A stretch of DNA of 64,000 nt from positions 14,725-78,724 of the IMG/VR virus record IMGVR_UViG_3300008448_000040. The stretch is one strand, 5' to 3'. Positions 1 through 11,183 of the stretch are shown here, in pieces. The notes under the pieces are model-generated. The model saw only the letters and a program-made list of their open reading frames with translations, searched no databases and was not told the DNA's origin. This DNA is from a virus. The stretch's first letter is position 1. The number at the start of each line of letters is the position of its first letter. The translations under genes were made by a program, and so were the position numbers.

Positions 1-3000
1 AGCTCTTGATTTGACTTTTGCCACATCATAATCAACCGTCATCTCTCTCAATTCCTGTCCAGTAACTGTGCTGGAAATAATACTGTCAAGAGTGAGCTGA
101 GTATTGTTAGCTATACTGTCAACTCTTCTTATGTGAGTGTTTGCAATAACGACCCACTGACCTTCTGTAAGTTCTGTTGAGAATAATGTTCCGGAGCCTG
201 TTACGGTAGCCGAACCAGAAGAAACAGAAACTGTACCAGTTGTTGTAGTTGTTGTGTGGGCATATACAATGAACGCATAATCATCTGGATTAATACCAGA
301 AGTAAAGTTTGTGCCAACACCAGTGATTGTGAAGCAATTATTTGTATTAAGTGTTGTTGATGTTGTAATAGTTCCAGCTAGATATGTGTTTGATATCTGA
401 GCGATTCTTTCTCCAACATTAAAATCACCCTGCTGGTTAGTAATTTTCAAGAACTCTAAATCACCATTATTGAATCTTGCTGTTCCACCAGATGCAGTAA
501 ATGTAGCAACAAATACTTTCATGGTTAAGTCTTCGTTTTGAATTGGTGTCCAAGCAGTACCGTTTGTTGAATAGAACAATGAACCACTACCCCAGTCATT
601 AATTACAACTTGTCTGTATGGTTCACCAGATACTTGTGGTCTCAGATTTTCCTGGCCAGCAACTGCTGTCCAAACCAAATACTCAGGTGAGAACCCTTCA
701 GGATGAAGCACGATAGCATATTCAAATCCTGTTGCAAGATATACCGGTTCTTTGAATTCAATCTCAGTAAATTCAAACTGGCCATCTTCATCAGCTATAT
801 TAACTTGTGATGGTCTTAAGTTAGTAGTAGCTAGAACTGTTCTTCCAGGTACTCCATTCTCAGTTTCTCTGATTTGTACGTTGACACCAAATCTATTATC
901 TTTACGTTTGAAGTATACGTGTACCTTAGTCAGGAATACACCCGATGTTGCCTGATCTTCACTTAGGTCAACTCTAAAGGTCTGTGCAACTGGAACACAT
1001 CCTCTAGCAGTATTGAACTGGTGATATGTTGATCTTGTAAACTGACCTCTGTTCTCTGTAAGACCTTCAAATTGGTATCTATCATTTTTCATGGTTATCA
1101 GAGACTTAGAACCTTCAAAGCTGTAAGCTCTGAACTTAGCAGTAGCCTCTGATGTAGTTGCATCAGCACTGTTAATATTATCAACATCAACAATTCTTAT
1201 TTGAATTTCACCACAGAAAAATTGATTACCAGAATCTGTTCCTATTTCAATTTCACCAATCAAGACTCCATTTGTATCATCTTCTACATTTTGTGAAGAG
1301 ATGGCCACTGGAACCAATGGGTCACCTTTCACACCAATAGCAGTTAGGTTAGTGGCTTCGCCACTACTATCCAAGATAACTCTATCACCTTGAGATGTAT
1401 CATTGATCTTCATTGGTCTAGTGTAACTAGTCATGTCCTTCTCGTCAATGAAGACGAAGTGTCTAGCACCAGGACGAAGACCAACTGCTTGAAAATAAAT
1501 TTTCTGTGGTCTTATGAAAGGTCTTAATGTCAGGTCATTAAGTACATTACCAAGAATTTGAGTATCAGTAGTTCTCGTTCCTTTTATTTGAGGGTAAGTA
1601 GAGGTAACATTGAGATCAGTTTGTACTTGCCATGTATTTGTTCTGCGTGATTGAGCAATAAGAACTGGAGCATGAACTTTAGCAACCGATTCTGACACAC
1701 TAAAATCACCAACTTTCAATCCAGCTGTAACATTAAACAATCTGTTCTTACCGTCTGCACTGCTACCTTGGAAACCAGCAACAAGTAGTTTGTTGTAGCT
1801 CCTTGCGATCGCATCAATAGCCTTACCATCACCCACATCAAACTGAACAAAGTTCTGTTCAATGTCGTAATAATTGTCAAATTCAGGTGTAAGATACAAC
1901 TGCCCTCTGTAATGATACGTATCTTGAGCAAGGTTAACAAACTTTGTTGCCTGTGGTTGCTCGATGAATACAGGGTCAGAGTGAGTGTATCCTAGAATGA
2001 TACTATCCCCCTTCTGAGTAACATTTGTTGAAGTATCGCTATTAAATTTCAGAGGAATTCTAGTTTCTAAAACATATGGTCTGGCTTTGGAAGCTGTGAA
2101 ATCAATGAGAATATTCAATTCAGGATCCAATGGATCACATAAATTATAATCATCAAATCCATCTGCAAAGAAACCATTTTTGAATCGGTTTAGGTTTGGA
2201 TCTAAATCACTCTTAACTAAAACTTCAGATGATTTCTTTTCCAACAAGTTCAAAATTGAAATGTATTCCAGTCTTTCTATTCTTCTTTCAATATCTTTGA
2301 TATCCTGCATTGTATATCTTCTAGTCTGAAAGTCTTCGACAAGAGTAGCATACTGACCAGCTGCTGTATCGTATGCTTCTTTTGCAGGTAGTGAAGGAAA
2401 TTCAGCTACATGGATATTAAATAATCTAGTTGAAGTATCAGGAACTAAGGGTGGTGATGGGTTGTTAGAAGGCTCACCTTCAACAACCTCAAAGACTCCT
2501 AGAGCATCAACACAGATAGCATCAATTCTTTTCAAGTAAGATTCAATATCAGCTTCGAATAATGTATTAGGAACAGGAAAGAATTTATTACCAGAGAATA
2601 CTTCTGTTTTGCTTATTTCTGAAACTGTATTAGCATTTCCAATAGATGTAGCCAGGACTGCGGTATTTGCAGCATAAGGTCTGAAATCAATGCTATCTCT
2701 GAGACTCATATATCTACCGTCTTTTCTCTTGAAAACTTTGATATTTTGAGTTCTTATTTTGTTACTAGGGAGAGATGGCGTAGTATCATCAATCGGATAC
2801 GATTCTGTGGTAACATACTTTCCTGGAGTTGATATTGTAAGTACATCAGCTACAACTGTAAGATTATCAGTTCCAGTGAGAGTGATAGGATTTTGAGGGT
2901 TGATGCTCAAATATCCAAGTCCATAATACGCATCACGTTGTCCATCATCAAGTTGGAAATTTGTTGATATATTTGTACCTGTGGTGTTGTACGATGTGCC

Positions 3001-5781
3001 TGTTCCTCTGTACACCGCTTTAATTTTTTGAATGTCAGGAATACCTAGGCACCATGGTCCTTTTGGATTTGCTGATATTGCTGCACCATCAACTTTAATT
3101 AATACATTAGCGGTCAGAGATTTTGCAGTGAGAGTTGGCGCAGTAGTTTTTATATTACAAATAACATTAGCAGCTACAGATGTATTCAAACCAACACCCA
3201 GACTAACATTAGCCTGATATTGATTTGTTGCGTCTATTTCAATGTTAGCACCCGTTCTATTTTGAAGAGTGAATGGAACATTTTTGGGGAATGCCAGGGC
3301 AATATTAGCATCAATAATTGCAGGGCTATTTGTTCCACTTAGATAAAGTACGGAATCAGAGTCGATTCTTGTAATTCTTCTGAACTCTGCATTTGCTTGA
3401 ATAGTGTTAGAAAAACGAATATAATCACCAACATATAAACTGGATAAGAACGACGTACCTGTTCCTGTAACAACATTACCACTGTACGAAGAAACTGAAC
3501 CAGCTATATTTGCTGATGAGTATGAGTTTGCAGCTGGAATGACTATTAAATCAGTCTCTTGAAGACTATTAAGCACTGTCCCTACACCATAAGGGAATGT
3601 ATGCCCTGCACCATATTGAGTAACAGCATCAATTGCTCCTACACCACTCACTGAGAATGTAGTTGGTATGGTTCCTCTGAATTGATAAGAAGCACTTGAT
3701 ACATTTGAAACCGCATAGGTTCCTGATGAATAGATCAGTGCATCAAATGCTGGGTCCTTGAGCACAGCTTCTTTTGGACCCTTTGATGCTGATAGAAAGT
3801 GTCCTGTCTCACTTACTCCAGCAGTTAGGTTAACTGGAGTTGATCCTGTTGGAGAGGTTCTTAGAGAGATCGAGGTACTATTTACAGAGTTAATATAATA
3901 TCCAGTGCCGTTTTCCAAAGCACTCACCGCTGTGTTTCCAGCAGCTACTGTATACACAACATAGTCACCTTCTGTGAAATATGCCTTTGCATCTGAAATT
4001 GAAATTGTCTCACTCGTATCGTTTACATCACTTGAAGCATTGAAATTGACTGTGAATGATGTTATTCCTCTTGCCGGCTCTAAAACCAAATCAGCTGAAC
4101 CAGTCCCTGATTTAAATATTGATCTTACTTGAGAGAAAGAAAATCCTGCCTGCATTTTAACATCAAACAGGTATGCTCTGTATTGACATTCTGGCGTTCC
4201 AATTGCACCACCATCATAAACAATAGATCTAAGTCTTGCGGTTCCAATCAAGGACCCAGTATTGTTAGGTGTTTGACCATATCTGGCAGTAATACCATCA
4301 GAAGCTTTATTATACAAGTCAACGGTTACCGCTTCTTCGAAATTAAAATTACCAAGATACTCATTTACAATTACATACGATCCAAAATTAATAGACACAT
4401 CTTGATCAATATCAATTTTTGTTTCTGTTGATTTTCTAATTGGTAATCTGATTGTATCTGTAACTTCAACTCTATGTCCTCTGATATAACCAAGGCCTGA
4501 TGTTACAGCAGCAGTGATATGAGATGTAGAATTTACAGAGTTAGTTCCAACACCAATAAAATCATCAGTATAGACTCTGAAAGGAATGACGGAGAAGTTA
4601 CCCATCATATCATCAGTTCTTCTAGCCATTTCTGTCTCAACAGAATTGAATTCTGTACGAGTTCTCTGTCTAGTCACTCTTCCGTTTTCAAATTCTACCA
4701 GAGAGAAGAATCCTTCTTCAGATTTAGCATCAGCAATAGTTTTTACTACAAGATTAGCTGTTAGCTTAAGTCTATGCGCACCAGGAGCTGTATAATTACT
4801 ATATCCTTGAGCTCCATCTAGTAGAGAAGGATCTACGTTATTATTGACAATAGATTCGTTTGTTGTAAATCCAAGAGCAAGACCATTTGGTAGAGGGGAA
4901 TATTTTTCCACAATAATTTCTTGTGGATCAACTCTGACAAAATGTCCTTTTTGGAAAATAACACCTTCTGTGACTTTAGCAGCATATCCCCTACCAATAT
5001 TAGTAGCCCCACCTGTTTCAAACTGGCTGTTAGCTACAGTTAATTTAGCATAATAGTTTTTAGCAATAAATGCTGCGCCTGAACCAATGCCAGAAGTACC
5101 ACCAGAGGTGTTTGTGATTGCAACTGTAGGAGCAGTTACGTAACCTGATCCTTGTGAGGTTAGTACAATAGATCTAATCGTACCATTCGAATATGTGACT
5201 ACGTTTGCAACAGCACCAGTACCATCTCCACCAGTAATACTTACTAGATGTGAGTTATCATAACCAGTACCTCCTGATGTAACCGCAATAGATACCAACT
5301 TGTAATTTATATCGTATGACGTTAGAACATCATTCAATGCAAATGTTTTCTTTTCGGACCCACTTGAATCACCAGTGTTCAAATACTTAACGTAAAGTGT
5401 GTTAAGATCTGGGGACTGTGATTGTAAGCCAGTGACGGAATTGACGCAGATCGACTGCAGTCCAGAGGCATCGTGAACAATGTATGTATTAACATAAGCA
5501 GCAACATCTGCAGGGCTACCAACAGGATCTGCTAAAAGATCTAGAACTTTTACATAAAAATATTTGTCGTCATATGTGAAAGAGCACCCTCTGATAACAC
5601 TACCTTCTCTAAAAATATTCTGTCCAAATCTTTCTACTTGATTTTGAAGAATATCCTGAAGCTGAGTTAACTCTCTTGCCTGTACAGGAACAGCAGGTCT
5701 GAATAATACCCTATGAAAATTCTTATCTTCATTGTAATCATCGTAATAAGGATCGATGTTTAAATCTGTCTCAAGAGCCAT
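1..5781 (-). CDS. Large virion structural/baseplate protein, DUF4815/VrlC-like (3' end runs off the window)
   Basis: Not in ORF track because it is open to the edge. ATG at 5781 after GAGGA RBS; begins MALETDLNIDPYYDDYNEDKNFHRVLFRPAVPVQARELTQLQDILQNQVERFG, typical of this family; follows gp8. Confidence 0.85.
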   Translation of the reverse strand, partial: MALETDLNIDPYYDDYNEDKNFHRVLFRPAVPVQARELTQLQDILQNQVERFGQNIFREGSVIRGCSFTYDDKYFYVKVLDLLADPVGSPADVAAYVNTYIVHDASGLQSICVNSVTGLQSQSPDLNTLYVKYLNTGDSSGSEKKTFALNDVLTSYDINYKLVSIAVTSGGTGYDNSHLVSITGGDGTGAVANVVTYSNGTIRSIVLTSQGSGYVTAPTVAITNTSGGTSGIGSGAAFIAKNYYAKLTVANSQFETGGATNIGRGYAAKVTEGVIFQKGHFVRVDPQEIIVEKYSPLPNGLALGFTTNESIVNNNVDPSLLDGAQGYSNYTAPGAHRLKLTANLVVKTIADAKSEEGFFSLVEFENGRVTRQRTRTEFNSVETEMARRTDDMMGNFSVIPFRVYTDDFIGVGTNSVNSTSHITAAVTSGLGYIRGHRVEVTDTIRLPIRKSTETKIDIDQDVSINFGSYVIVNEYLGNFNFEEAVTVDLYNKASDGITARYGQTPNNTGSLIGTARLRSIVYDGGAIGTPECQYRAYLFDVKMQAGFSFSQVRSIFKSGTGSADLVLEPARGITSFTVNFNASSDVNDTSETISISDAKAYFTEGDYVVYTVAAGNTAVSALENGTGYYINSVNSTSISLRTSPTGSTPVNLTAGVSETGHFLSASKGPKEAVLKDPAFDALIYSSGTYAVSNVSSASYQFRGTIPTTFSVSGVGAIDAVTQYGAGHTFPYGVGTVLNSLQETDLIVIPAANSYSSANIAGSVSSYSGNVVTGTGTSFLSSLYVGDYIRFSNTIQANAEFRRITRIDSDSVLYLSGTNSPAIIDANIALAFPKNVPFTLQNRTGANIEIDATNQYQANVSLGVGLNTSVAANVICNIKTTAPTLTAKSLTANVLIKVDGAAISANPKGPWCLGIPDIQKIKAVYRGTGTSYNTTGTNISTNFQLDDGQRDAYYGLGYLSINPQNPITLTGTDNLTVVADVLTISTPGKYVTTESYPIDDTTPSLPSNKIRTQNIKVFKRKDGRYMSLRDSIDFRPYAANTAVLATSIGNANTVSEISKTEVFSGNKFFPVPNTLFEADIESYLKRIDAICVDALGVFEVVEGEPSNNPSPPLVPDTSTRLFNIHVAEFPSLPAKEAYDTAAGQYATLVEDFQTRRYTMQDIKDIERRIERLEYISILNLLEKKSSEVLVKSDLDPNLNRFKNGFFADGFDDYNLCDPLDPELNILIDFTASKARPYVLETRIPLKFNSDTSTNVTQKGDSIILGYTHSDPVFIEQPQATKFVNLAQDTYHYRGQLYLTPEFDNYYDIEQNFVQFDVGDGKAIDAIARSYNKLLVAGFQGSSADGKNRLFNVTAGLKVGDFSVSESVAKVHAPVLIAQSRRTNTWQVQTDLNVTSTYPQIKGTRTTDTQILGNVLNDLTLRPFIRPQKIYFQAVGLRPGARHFVFIDEKDMTSYTRPMKINDTSQGDRVILDSSGEATNLTAIGVKGDPLVPVAISSQNVEDDTNGVLIGEIEIGTDSGNQFFCGEIQIRIVDVDNINSADATTSEATAKFRAYSFEGSKSLITMKNDRYQFEGLTENRGQFTRSTYHQFNTARGCVPVAQTFRVDLSEDQATSGVFLTKVHVYFKRKDNRFGVNVQIRETENGVPGRTVLATTNLRPSQVNIADEDGQFEFTEIEFKEPVYLATGFEYAIVLHPEGFSPEYLVWTAVAGQENLRPQVSGEPYRQVVINDWGSGSLFYSTNGTAWTPIQNEDLTMKVFVATFTASGGTARFNNGDLEFLKITNQQGDFNVGERIAQISNTYLAGTITTSTTLNTNNCFTITGVGTNFTSGINPDDYAFIVYAHTTTTTTGTVSVSSGSATVTGSGTLFSTELTEGQWVVIANTHIRRVDSIANNTQLTLDSIISSTVTGQELREMTVDYDVAKVKSRA

Positions 5782-5793
5782 TTGTTCCTCTAA

Positions 5794-8070
5794 TTAAAAA
5801 TCTAAAATAAGTTTGAAAGTTTCTTTCTGGCCAACTGTCTTTGATATTGGTGTAAAATTTTCCACATATATCACGTCCCCGGTTCCCTTCACAAGATCAC
5901 CTTCTATTGTTCCTGTGATCTCTGCCTGTACTCCAGATGTTATACCATCAACATAATATGTAGTTCCCCCAACCTCGCTTTTATTAAACACACCCTTCTT
6001 ATTCACAATTCTCATAGTTGAAGAGTTTGCAGAATAAACATAACCGTTTGCATTTGTAGATTGCACGACCAACTCATCTTCCTGAAATGGTGGTGATGGT
6101 TGAGTTGCAACAATCTTGAAGGTTTGATCAAAGTAAGATGATGGCTGGGTTACATTCGAAACAGGAGATGTTGCTCCAGATGACTGGCCAATAATCAGAC
6201 TTCCAGTTGTAAAAAATCCGTAAGCGTTTGTAAGCCTGATGTAATTTGTATCTACTACTGTTATCACTCCACATGCAGTTACGATACTATCTAAATCTAG
6301 CACTGCAGTTGCTGTTGCTGTTTGACCAGTCAAAGTATGACCTGTTTCACTGACAGCACCTGGTGAAAGATTAATTGGTGATCCTTCTCTTGTAGTGGCT
6401 AATTTGACACCGCTAGAGTTTGATGAAACAACCCAGTACGACGTATTGTTTGCAAGGTTTGTCAGGGATGTATTTCCAGAAGCTACTAGGTACTTAACAT
6501 AATCATTATCTTGAAATTTGTGTCCGGATATTGTAATGAAATCTGAAGACCCATCAACAGCTGATTGAGCATTGAAGCTGAGTGCCAGAGGTGCAGCAAT
6601 AGTAACTGAAGGAACTGATTCATAGCCAGATCCATTGTTGGCAATATTTATAGAAGATATTTTTCCTAATGAATTGCTTGACGCATTAGCCGAAACTGGA
6701 GTGATGTTCGTACCCGTCACTGTAACTGTTGTGTTAGAAGTATATCCAGACCCAGGACTTGTAATAACAATTCCTGCTACCTCAAAACCAGATGTTTGAG
6801 TAACTACTTCTCCATCAGCAAAAGTTCCGCTTCTATCACCTACTGCTGACCCAATCTGAACATTTGAAAATACTGGGTCTTTAATGATTCCAATTGATCT
6901 GAAATCGTTTTCATCAACTACTTTGTTACCAGATACAGTACTGTCAAACTCAACACTAATACCTACATTATGACTTCCAAGCTCGGCAGCTGCATTACTA
7001 CCATGTCCACCCTTTGGACTTATGATAACCTTTGCTGTAGCAGTGTTTTCTGGAGTTGGTGAAGCAGTTCCAGTGTTACCAGACACAATAACATCCGCAT
7101 AAGAATAGTTTGCACCCCTATTGACAACTTCAATTCTATAGATTGTATTACTGACAGAATTTACAATTGCCCTCGCTGATGCATCTGTGCCGTCACCATT
7201 GATTGTAACGAATGGAGTTATTTCATATGAAGAAGCTGTTGTTGGAGGCGGATCAAATTCTAAATCAACAGTTATAGTTCTTGTAGCGCCAACTACGTTG
7301 TATGATGTAATTTTACGAAGTTGACCACTACCAACACCACTAGTGATCTTGATAGCACATCCCGTGTAGAAATTAGCGTTACTAGAAGCTGTTGAAGGAT
7401 CAATCTTGAAAGTTATCTCACTACCACCAACTTGTACTTCCTGAAATGATCCACTTGTATATGATGCATAACCAACTCCCCCAAAGGTGATCTGAATATT
7501 ATCAATGGAACCACCAACGGAATTACTTACTACGTTCTGATTAACGAACACAGGAATATAATCTGATGTTCCAAATTTTGACAACTGAGATGGAGTTATC
7601 GAATACATATACTTCCACTGATATCCATCACTGGTAAAGTAAAAATCATCATCAGCAGAGGTTTCAGTTAGTAAAGGAGCATCTGTAGAATTTGCGCCAC
7701 CATTATTATCAAGGCATTTGAAAATTGAATAGCTTGTTGTCTCATCTACCATAACAAAAAAATCTTCATTGAAGAGGTTGTTGTTATCGTGAGTGTATTT
7801 TTGATAGGCGGTGCCGTTAGTCCAATCGACTCTTCTAACAAGCTTCACCACATCATTGGCTGATATTCTTTTACCATAAATCATATTTTCATATGCTTTT
7901 ATGACAGTAGTATCAATATTATCGTACAGCTGTGGTGGAGTATTGTCGTTTGTGAAAGGCAATGGATTACCAACAAACATATAGTAGATGTTGAATCCAG
8001 GTTCCGTAAAGGATTCAACAAAGTTATCGCTTGAAAATAATCTTAAATTATTAGTGATTAATGTACTCAT
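5794..8070 (-). CDS. gp8: Baseplate wedge subunit gp8 with insertions
   Basis: FKCLDNNGG, DGYQWKYMY, SPKGGHG, GDVIYVENFTPI...ETFKLILDF motifs; synteny. Confidence 0.85.
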   Translation of the reverse strand: MSTLITNNLRLFSSDNFVESFTEPGFNIYYMFVGNPLPFTNDNTPPQLYDNIDTTVIKAYENMIYGKRISANDVVKLVRRVDWTNGTAYQKYTHDNNNLFNEDFFVMVDETTSYSIFKCLDNNGGANSTDAPLLTETSADDDFYFTSDGYQWKYMYSITPSQLSKFGTSDYIPVFVNQNVVSNSVGGSIDNIQITFGGVGYASYTSGSFQEVQVGGSEITFKIDPSTASSNANFYTGCAIKITSGVGSGQLRKITSYNVVGATRTITVDLEFDPPPTTASSYEITPFVTINGDGTDASARAIVNSVSNTIYRIEVVNRGANYSYADVIVSGNTGTASPTPENTATAKVIISPKGGHGSNAAAELGSHNVGISVEFDSTVSGNKVVDENDFRSIGIIKDPVFSNVQIGSAVGDRSGTFADGEVVTQTSGFEVAGIVITSPGSGYTSNTTVTVTGTNITPVSANASSNSLGKISSINIANNGSGYESVPSVTIAAPLALSFNAQSAVDGSSDFITISGHKFQDNDYVKYLVASGNTSLTNLANNTSYWVVSSNSSGVKLATTREGSPINLSPGAVSETGHTLTGQTATATAVLDLDSIVTACGVITVVDTNYIRLTNAYGFFTTGSLIIGQSSGATSPVSNVTQPSSYFDQTFKIVATQPSPPFQEDELVVQSTNANGYVYSANSSTMRIVNKKGVFNKSEVGGTTYYVDGITSGVQAEITGTIEGDLVKGTGDVIYVENFTPISKTVGQKETFKLILDF

Positions 8071-11000
8071 TAGCTTAAAGTTGTAATAACCCCATCAGTT
8101 GTAATTTGAGTGTTTGCTATAGATACTCTGACAACTCTTCCGAATAGTTTTGTTCCAGCAACATGTAGGAGTTTTTTGAGTGTATCCGAATAAACTTCTA
8201 ATCCTAGAGAAGACTGTACCTCGTAAGAAAATGCCTGATAGTAATCACCATCATGAATATATTTATCACTGTTTAGAAAACCTCTTGTTGATAAAAATCT
8301 TCCTTCACCAGTTCCTTCTTGTAGTAATTTTGATAGACCTGTTGCAACATACTGATTACCTTCAGTAGAGAGAGTGATTATTTCATCTTCTTCGTATGCA
8401 TAACCTGAATTGAACACTGAAACAGATTCAATAGATCCATTAACAGTTCCTGCTAGAGATGTAACATTAGCATTATAACCCATGCGGGATGAGTCAGCAA
8501 TTTGAGTGACAGATATCACATTTGCAGTAGCACCAGAGGTTGTTCCTGTTATTGTAACATTAGGAGTAAATGATTGATTGAATGATCTTCTCTTAACATT
8601 AACGAATCCTGCACTTGCACTTGAAGATAAAACTCTTCCTCTTGACAGTGAAAGTATTGTATCTGTAGTGGCCACATTAACAAAGAATATCTTGCCAGAT
8701 GTCATACCAACAGCTAATTCTGTTACTCTTTGTAATGTGTTTCCTGCACCAATACTCGCACAGTTTGTTGTAAGAGTTAAGATAGTATTGTTTGTTACAG
8801 TATCAACTTGGAAAATTAAATTATTTCCACTAAATTTGATGTAATCACCTTGAGTAAACTCGGATGTAAATAAAGTGCCCGTACCATTCACCTGTGCACT
8901 GTTTATATTTCCTTCAACAGTTCCAGTAGCTACAGTCTGTAACGTAGAATTAACAAATGTATTTGTTGTTGATAATTTTACGTTTGTAAGATTAGCAGTT
9001 ACAACTGATCCGTATGAGTTACTAGCTCCGATATCCTGAGTAACTGTTTCTGTTAGAGTAAATGCATTATTCGATCCACTTATTGACATTGAAACAGAAG
9101 GAGCACTGAAATTCTGTACTATTTCTTCTCCATTAACAAATACGCCAGACTGATTCGAAACAATTAAGTGGAGATCTCTCTTGTTGAATGCTGCGATACC
9201 ACCATCTCTCACTCTCAAGAAAGGAGATACGTTATAATCAGAACCAGGATTGATGTTTGTTAGTGAGGCGATTGTACCTATCTGGAACACATCTAAATCT
9301 AAAGTTAAATTTAGTATAGATGAAAGATTGGCCTGAGGTAATTTTGGAAATCCATATCTGAATGAATCTAAGAAAATACTCGTGTATGTACCATTACTAC
9401 GACTCAATACATTAGCTGAAGAAGCAGGACCATTAGTAGTTAAAAATAATACAGTGTTATTTGTTACATTATTAACTTGGAAGATGGTATTATTACCAGA
9501 GAACTTTACATAATCACCTCTATAAATTTCCGTAGTAAATGAAGTACTTGTTCCATTAACTTGAGCGCTTGTTATATTTGAGGAAACCGTACCTGAGAGT
9601 GCTGTAAGAATTATTGAGTTGTTTGATCCAATTAAGTCTGTGTTGAGGTAGACAGCTTCTTCATCTGTAAGACTACCAACTTCAAATCCAGCAGAGGCAC
9701 CTGTACCAATAATATCAACATTAGCGTATACGTTTGATACTGCTCCGTAAATGTAATTATAATTATTTGGTGTAAAAGTATTAACTACATCTATCAATCC
9801 AATAGCAGTACTATTCACTCCCATGACAGTACCGTATGCAGTTGAATTAGCAGTTCCTGTAATTAATGCTGTAGTATTCTTGATTCTATCAGCGTCTGTA
9901 AATGAACCAGTTATTGGTACCATTCTTAATGTTCCATTAGCAGGAACAACAGTGTTTGCTGTTACATCAGGACCATTTGTAGTTAAGAAGAGATGTGTTG
10001 CATTAGTTATACCATTGGAAGCTCTCACCTGGAAAATGGTATTATTTGATTGAAACCTGATATAGTCACCACTTTGAAGTGCTGTAGTGAAATTAGTGTT
10101 TATTCCGATCACAACATTTGATGTGGAAGTAGCAGTAACTGTACCGGTAATAGCTATTTGGGATTTACCGACAACTCTACCAGTACTTACATCTGCCATA
10201 GAATTAGATCCTGTAACTAAATCTCCAACGTTGAATACTGTGTTAGATGTAGTGAATGCAATATTAATTAAAGGTTGATAAACTATTTCATCTTCAATGA
10301 AATTAGGTACATAAGAATTAGATGATACAATATTTTCAAGTAACAACATTCTTGAAGCTACTTCAGGAACCGTTGTAAGTCTGTATCCAGATCCACCGTC
10401 AACTAAGTTAAACGTCACCTTTCCTGTAGATCTTCCAACTTCATCAACCCTTGCTTTTCCTAATTTTCCTCGTCTATTAGACACAACATCAACAACATCA
10501 CCTACTTGAAATTCTCTTCCTGAGTCTATGATAGTTATGGATGTGAGAGAACCAACTACCTTTGGGCAACCATCAAGAAATCCATCTTGAGTAATGATTT
10601 CACCAAAATCAAAAGATCCACTGATATTAGAAAGATAAAGTACATCAATATATTTTCCATTGATAACTTTTCTACTTACTCCCTCAACGAAAGCTGTTGC
10701 TCCTGAAGCAGATCCTGTAATTAATCTTCCTAGGAATGTTGATGTTTTTTCTGCAATATCGACTTCTAAGTATTTTGGAATATACCACTGACCATCAGAT
10801 GCTCTAAGAACATCCTTGCCAGGAAAGTATACCTCTGCTGATGGATCACCAAATACTCTATTGAAAAATAGTTTTGTTCCCTGCTCTGATCCTTTAGCTC
10901 GGTAGATATCAATGATGTGTTTAATATCAAATCTAGATCTTTGAAAACTTACTGGAGCACCCTTCAAATACTTTTCTTCAAAATGATAAAGAAAGTCGTC

Positions 11001-11183
11001 GACGGTTTTATCAATGTCTCTATAATCTAATAATTTTCTTGAATGATACAGGTGATTGTTAGTCTGCAGCGCCCAATTATAATACTCTTTTACAAAAGCA
11101 ATGAAGTTGTCACCACTTTCTTTATAGAATTCTGGAAAGTGGTTTTGAATCAATAAACTAATGTTATCTTCTATTTCTTTCAT
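8070..11183 (-). CDS. gp7: Baseplate wedge initiator gp7-like
   Basis: FIAFVKEYY, YRAKGSE N-terminus; IHDGDYYQAFSY and LLHVAGTKLFG C-terminus; between gp6 and gp8. Confidence 0.75.
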   Translation of the reverse strand: MKEIEDNISLLIQNHFPEFYKESGDNFIAFVKEYYNWALQTNNHLYHSRKLLDYRDIDKTVDDFLYHFEEKYLKGAPVSFQRSRFDIKHIIDIYRAKGSEQGTKLFFNRVFGDPSAEVYFPGKDVLRASDGQWYIPKYLEVDIAEKTSTFLGRLITGSASGATAFVEGVSRKVINGKYIDVLYLSNISGSFDFGEIITQDGFLDGCPKVVGSLTSITIIDSGREFQVGDVVDVVSNRRGKLGKARVDEVGRSTGKVTFNLVDGGSGYRLTTVPEVASRMLLLENIVSSNSYVPNFIEDEIVYQPLINIAFTTSNTVFNVGDLVTGSNSMADVSTGRVVGKSQIAITGTVTATSTSNVVIGINTNFTTALQSGDYIRFQSNNTIFQVRASNGITNATHLFLTTNGPDVTANTVVPANGTLRMVPITGSFTDADRIKNTTALITGTANSTAYGTVMGVNSTAIGLIDVVNTFTPNNYNYIYGAVSNVYANVDIIGTGASAGFEVGSLTDEEAVYLNTDLIGSNNSIILTALSGTVSSNITSAQVNGTSTSFTTEIYRGDYVKFSGNNTIFQVNNVTNNTVLFLTTNGPASSANVLSRSNGTYTSIFLDSFRYGFPKLPQANLSSILNLTLDLDVFQIGTIASLTNINPGSDYNVSPFLRVRDGGIAAFNKRDLHLIVSNQSGVFVNGEEIVQNFSAPSVSMSISGSNNAFTLTETVTQDIGASNSYGSVVTANLTNVKLSTTNTFVNSTLQTVATGTVEGNINSAQVNGTGTLFTSEFTQGDYIKFSGNNLIFQVDTVTNNTILTLTTNCASIGAGNTLQRVTELAVGMTSGKIFFVNVATTDTILSLSRGRVLSSSASAGFVNVKRRSFNQSFTPNVTITGTTSGATANVISVTQIADSSRMGYNANVTSLAGTVNGSIESVSVFNSGYAYEEDEIITLSTEGNQYVATGLSKLLQEGTGEGRFLSTRGFLNSDKYIHDGDYYQAFSYEVQSSLGLEVYSDTLKKLLHVAGTKLFGRVVRVSIANTQITTDGVITTLS

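Noticed and set aside
752-5053. Short ORFs in the track within 1-5781
   Set aside because: Antisense or out-of-frame shadows of the large minus-strand structural gene
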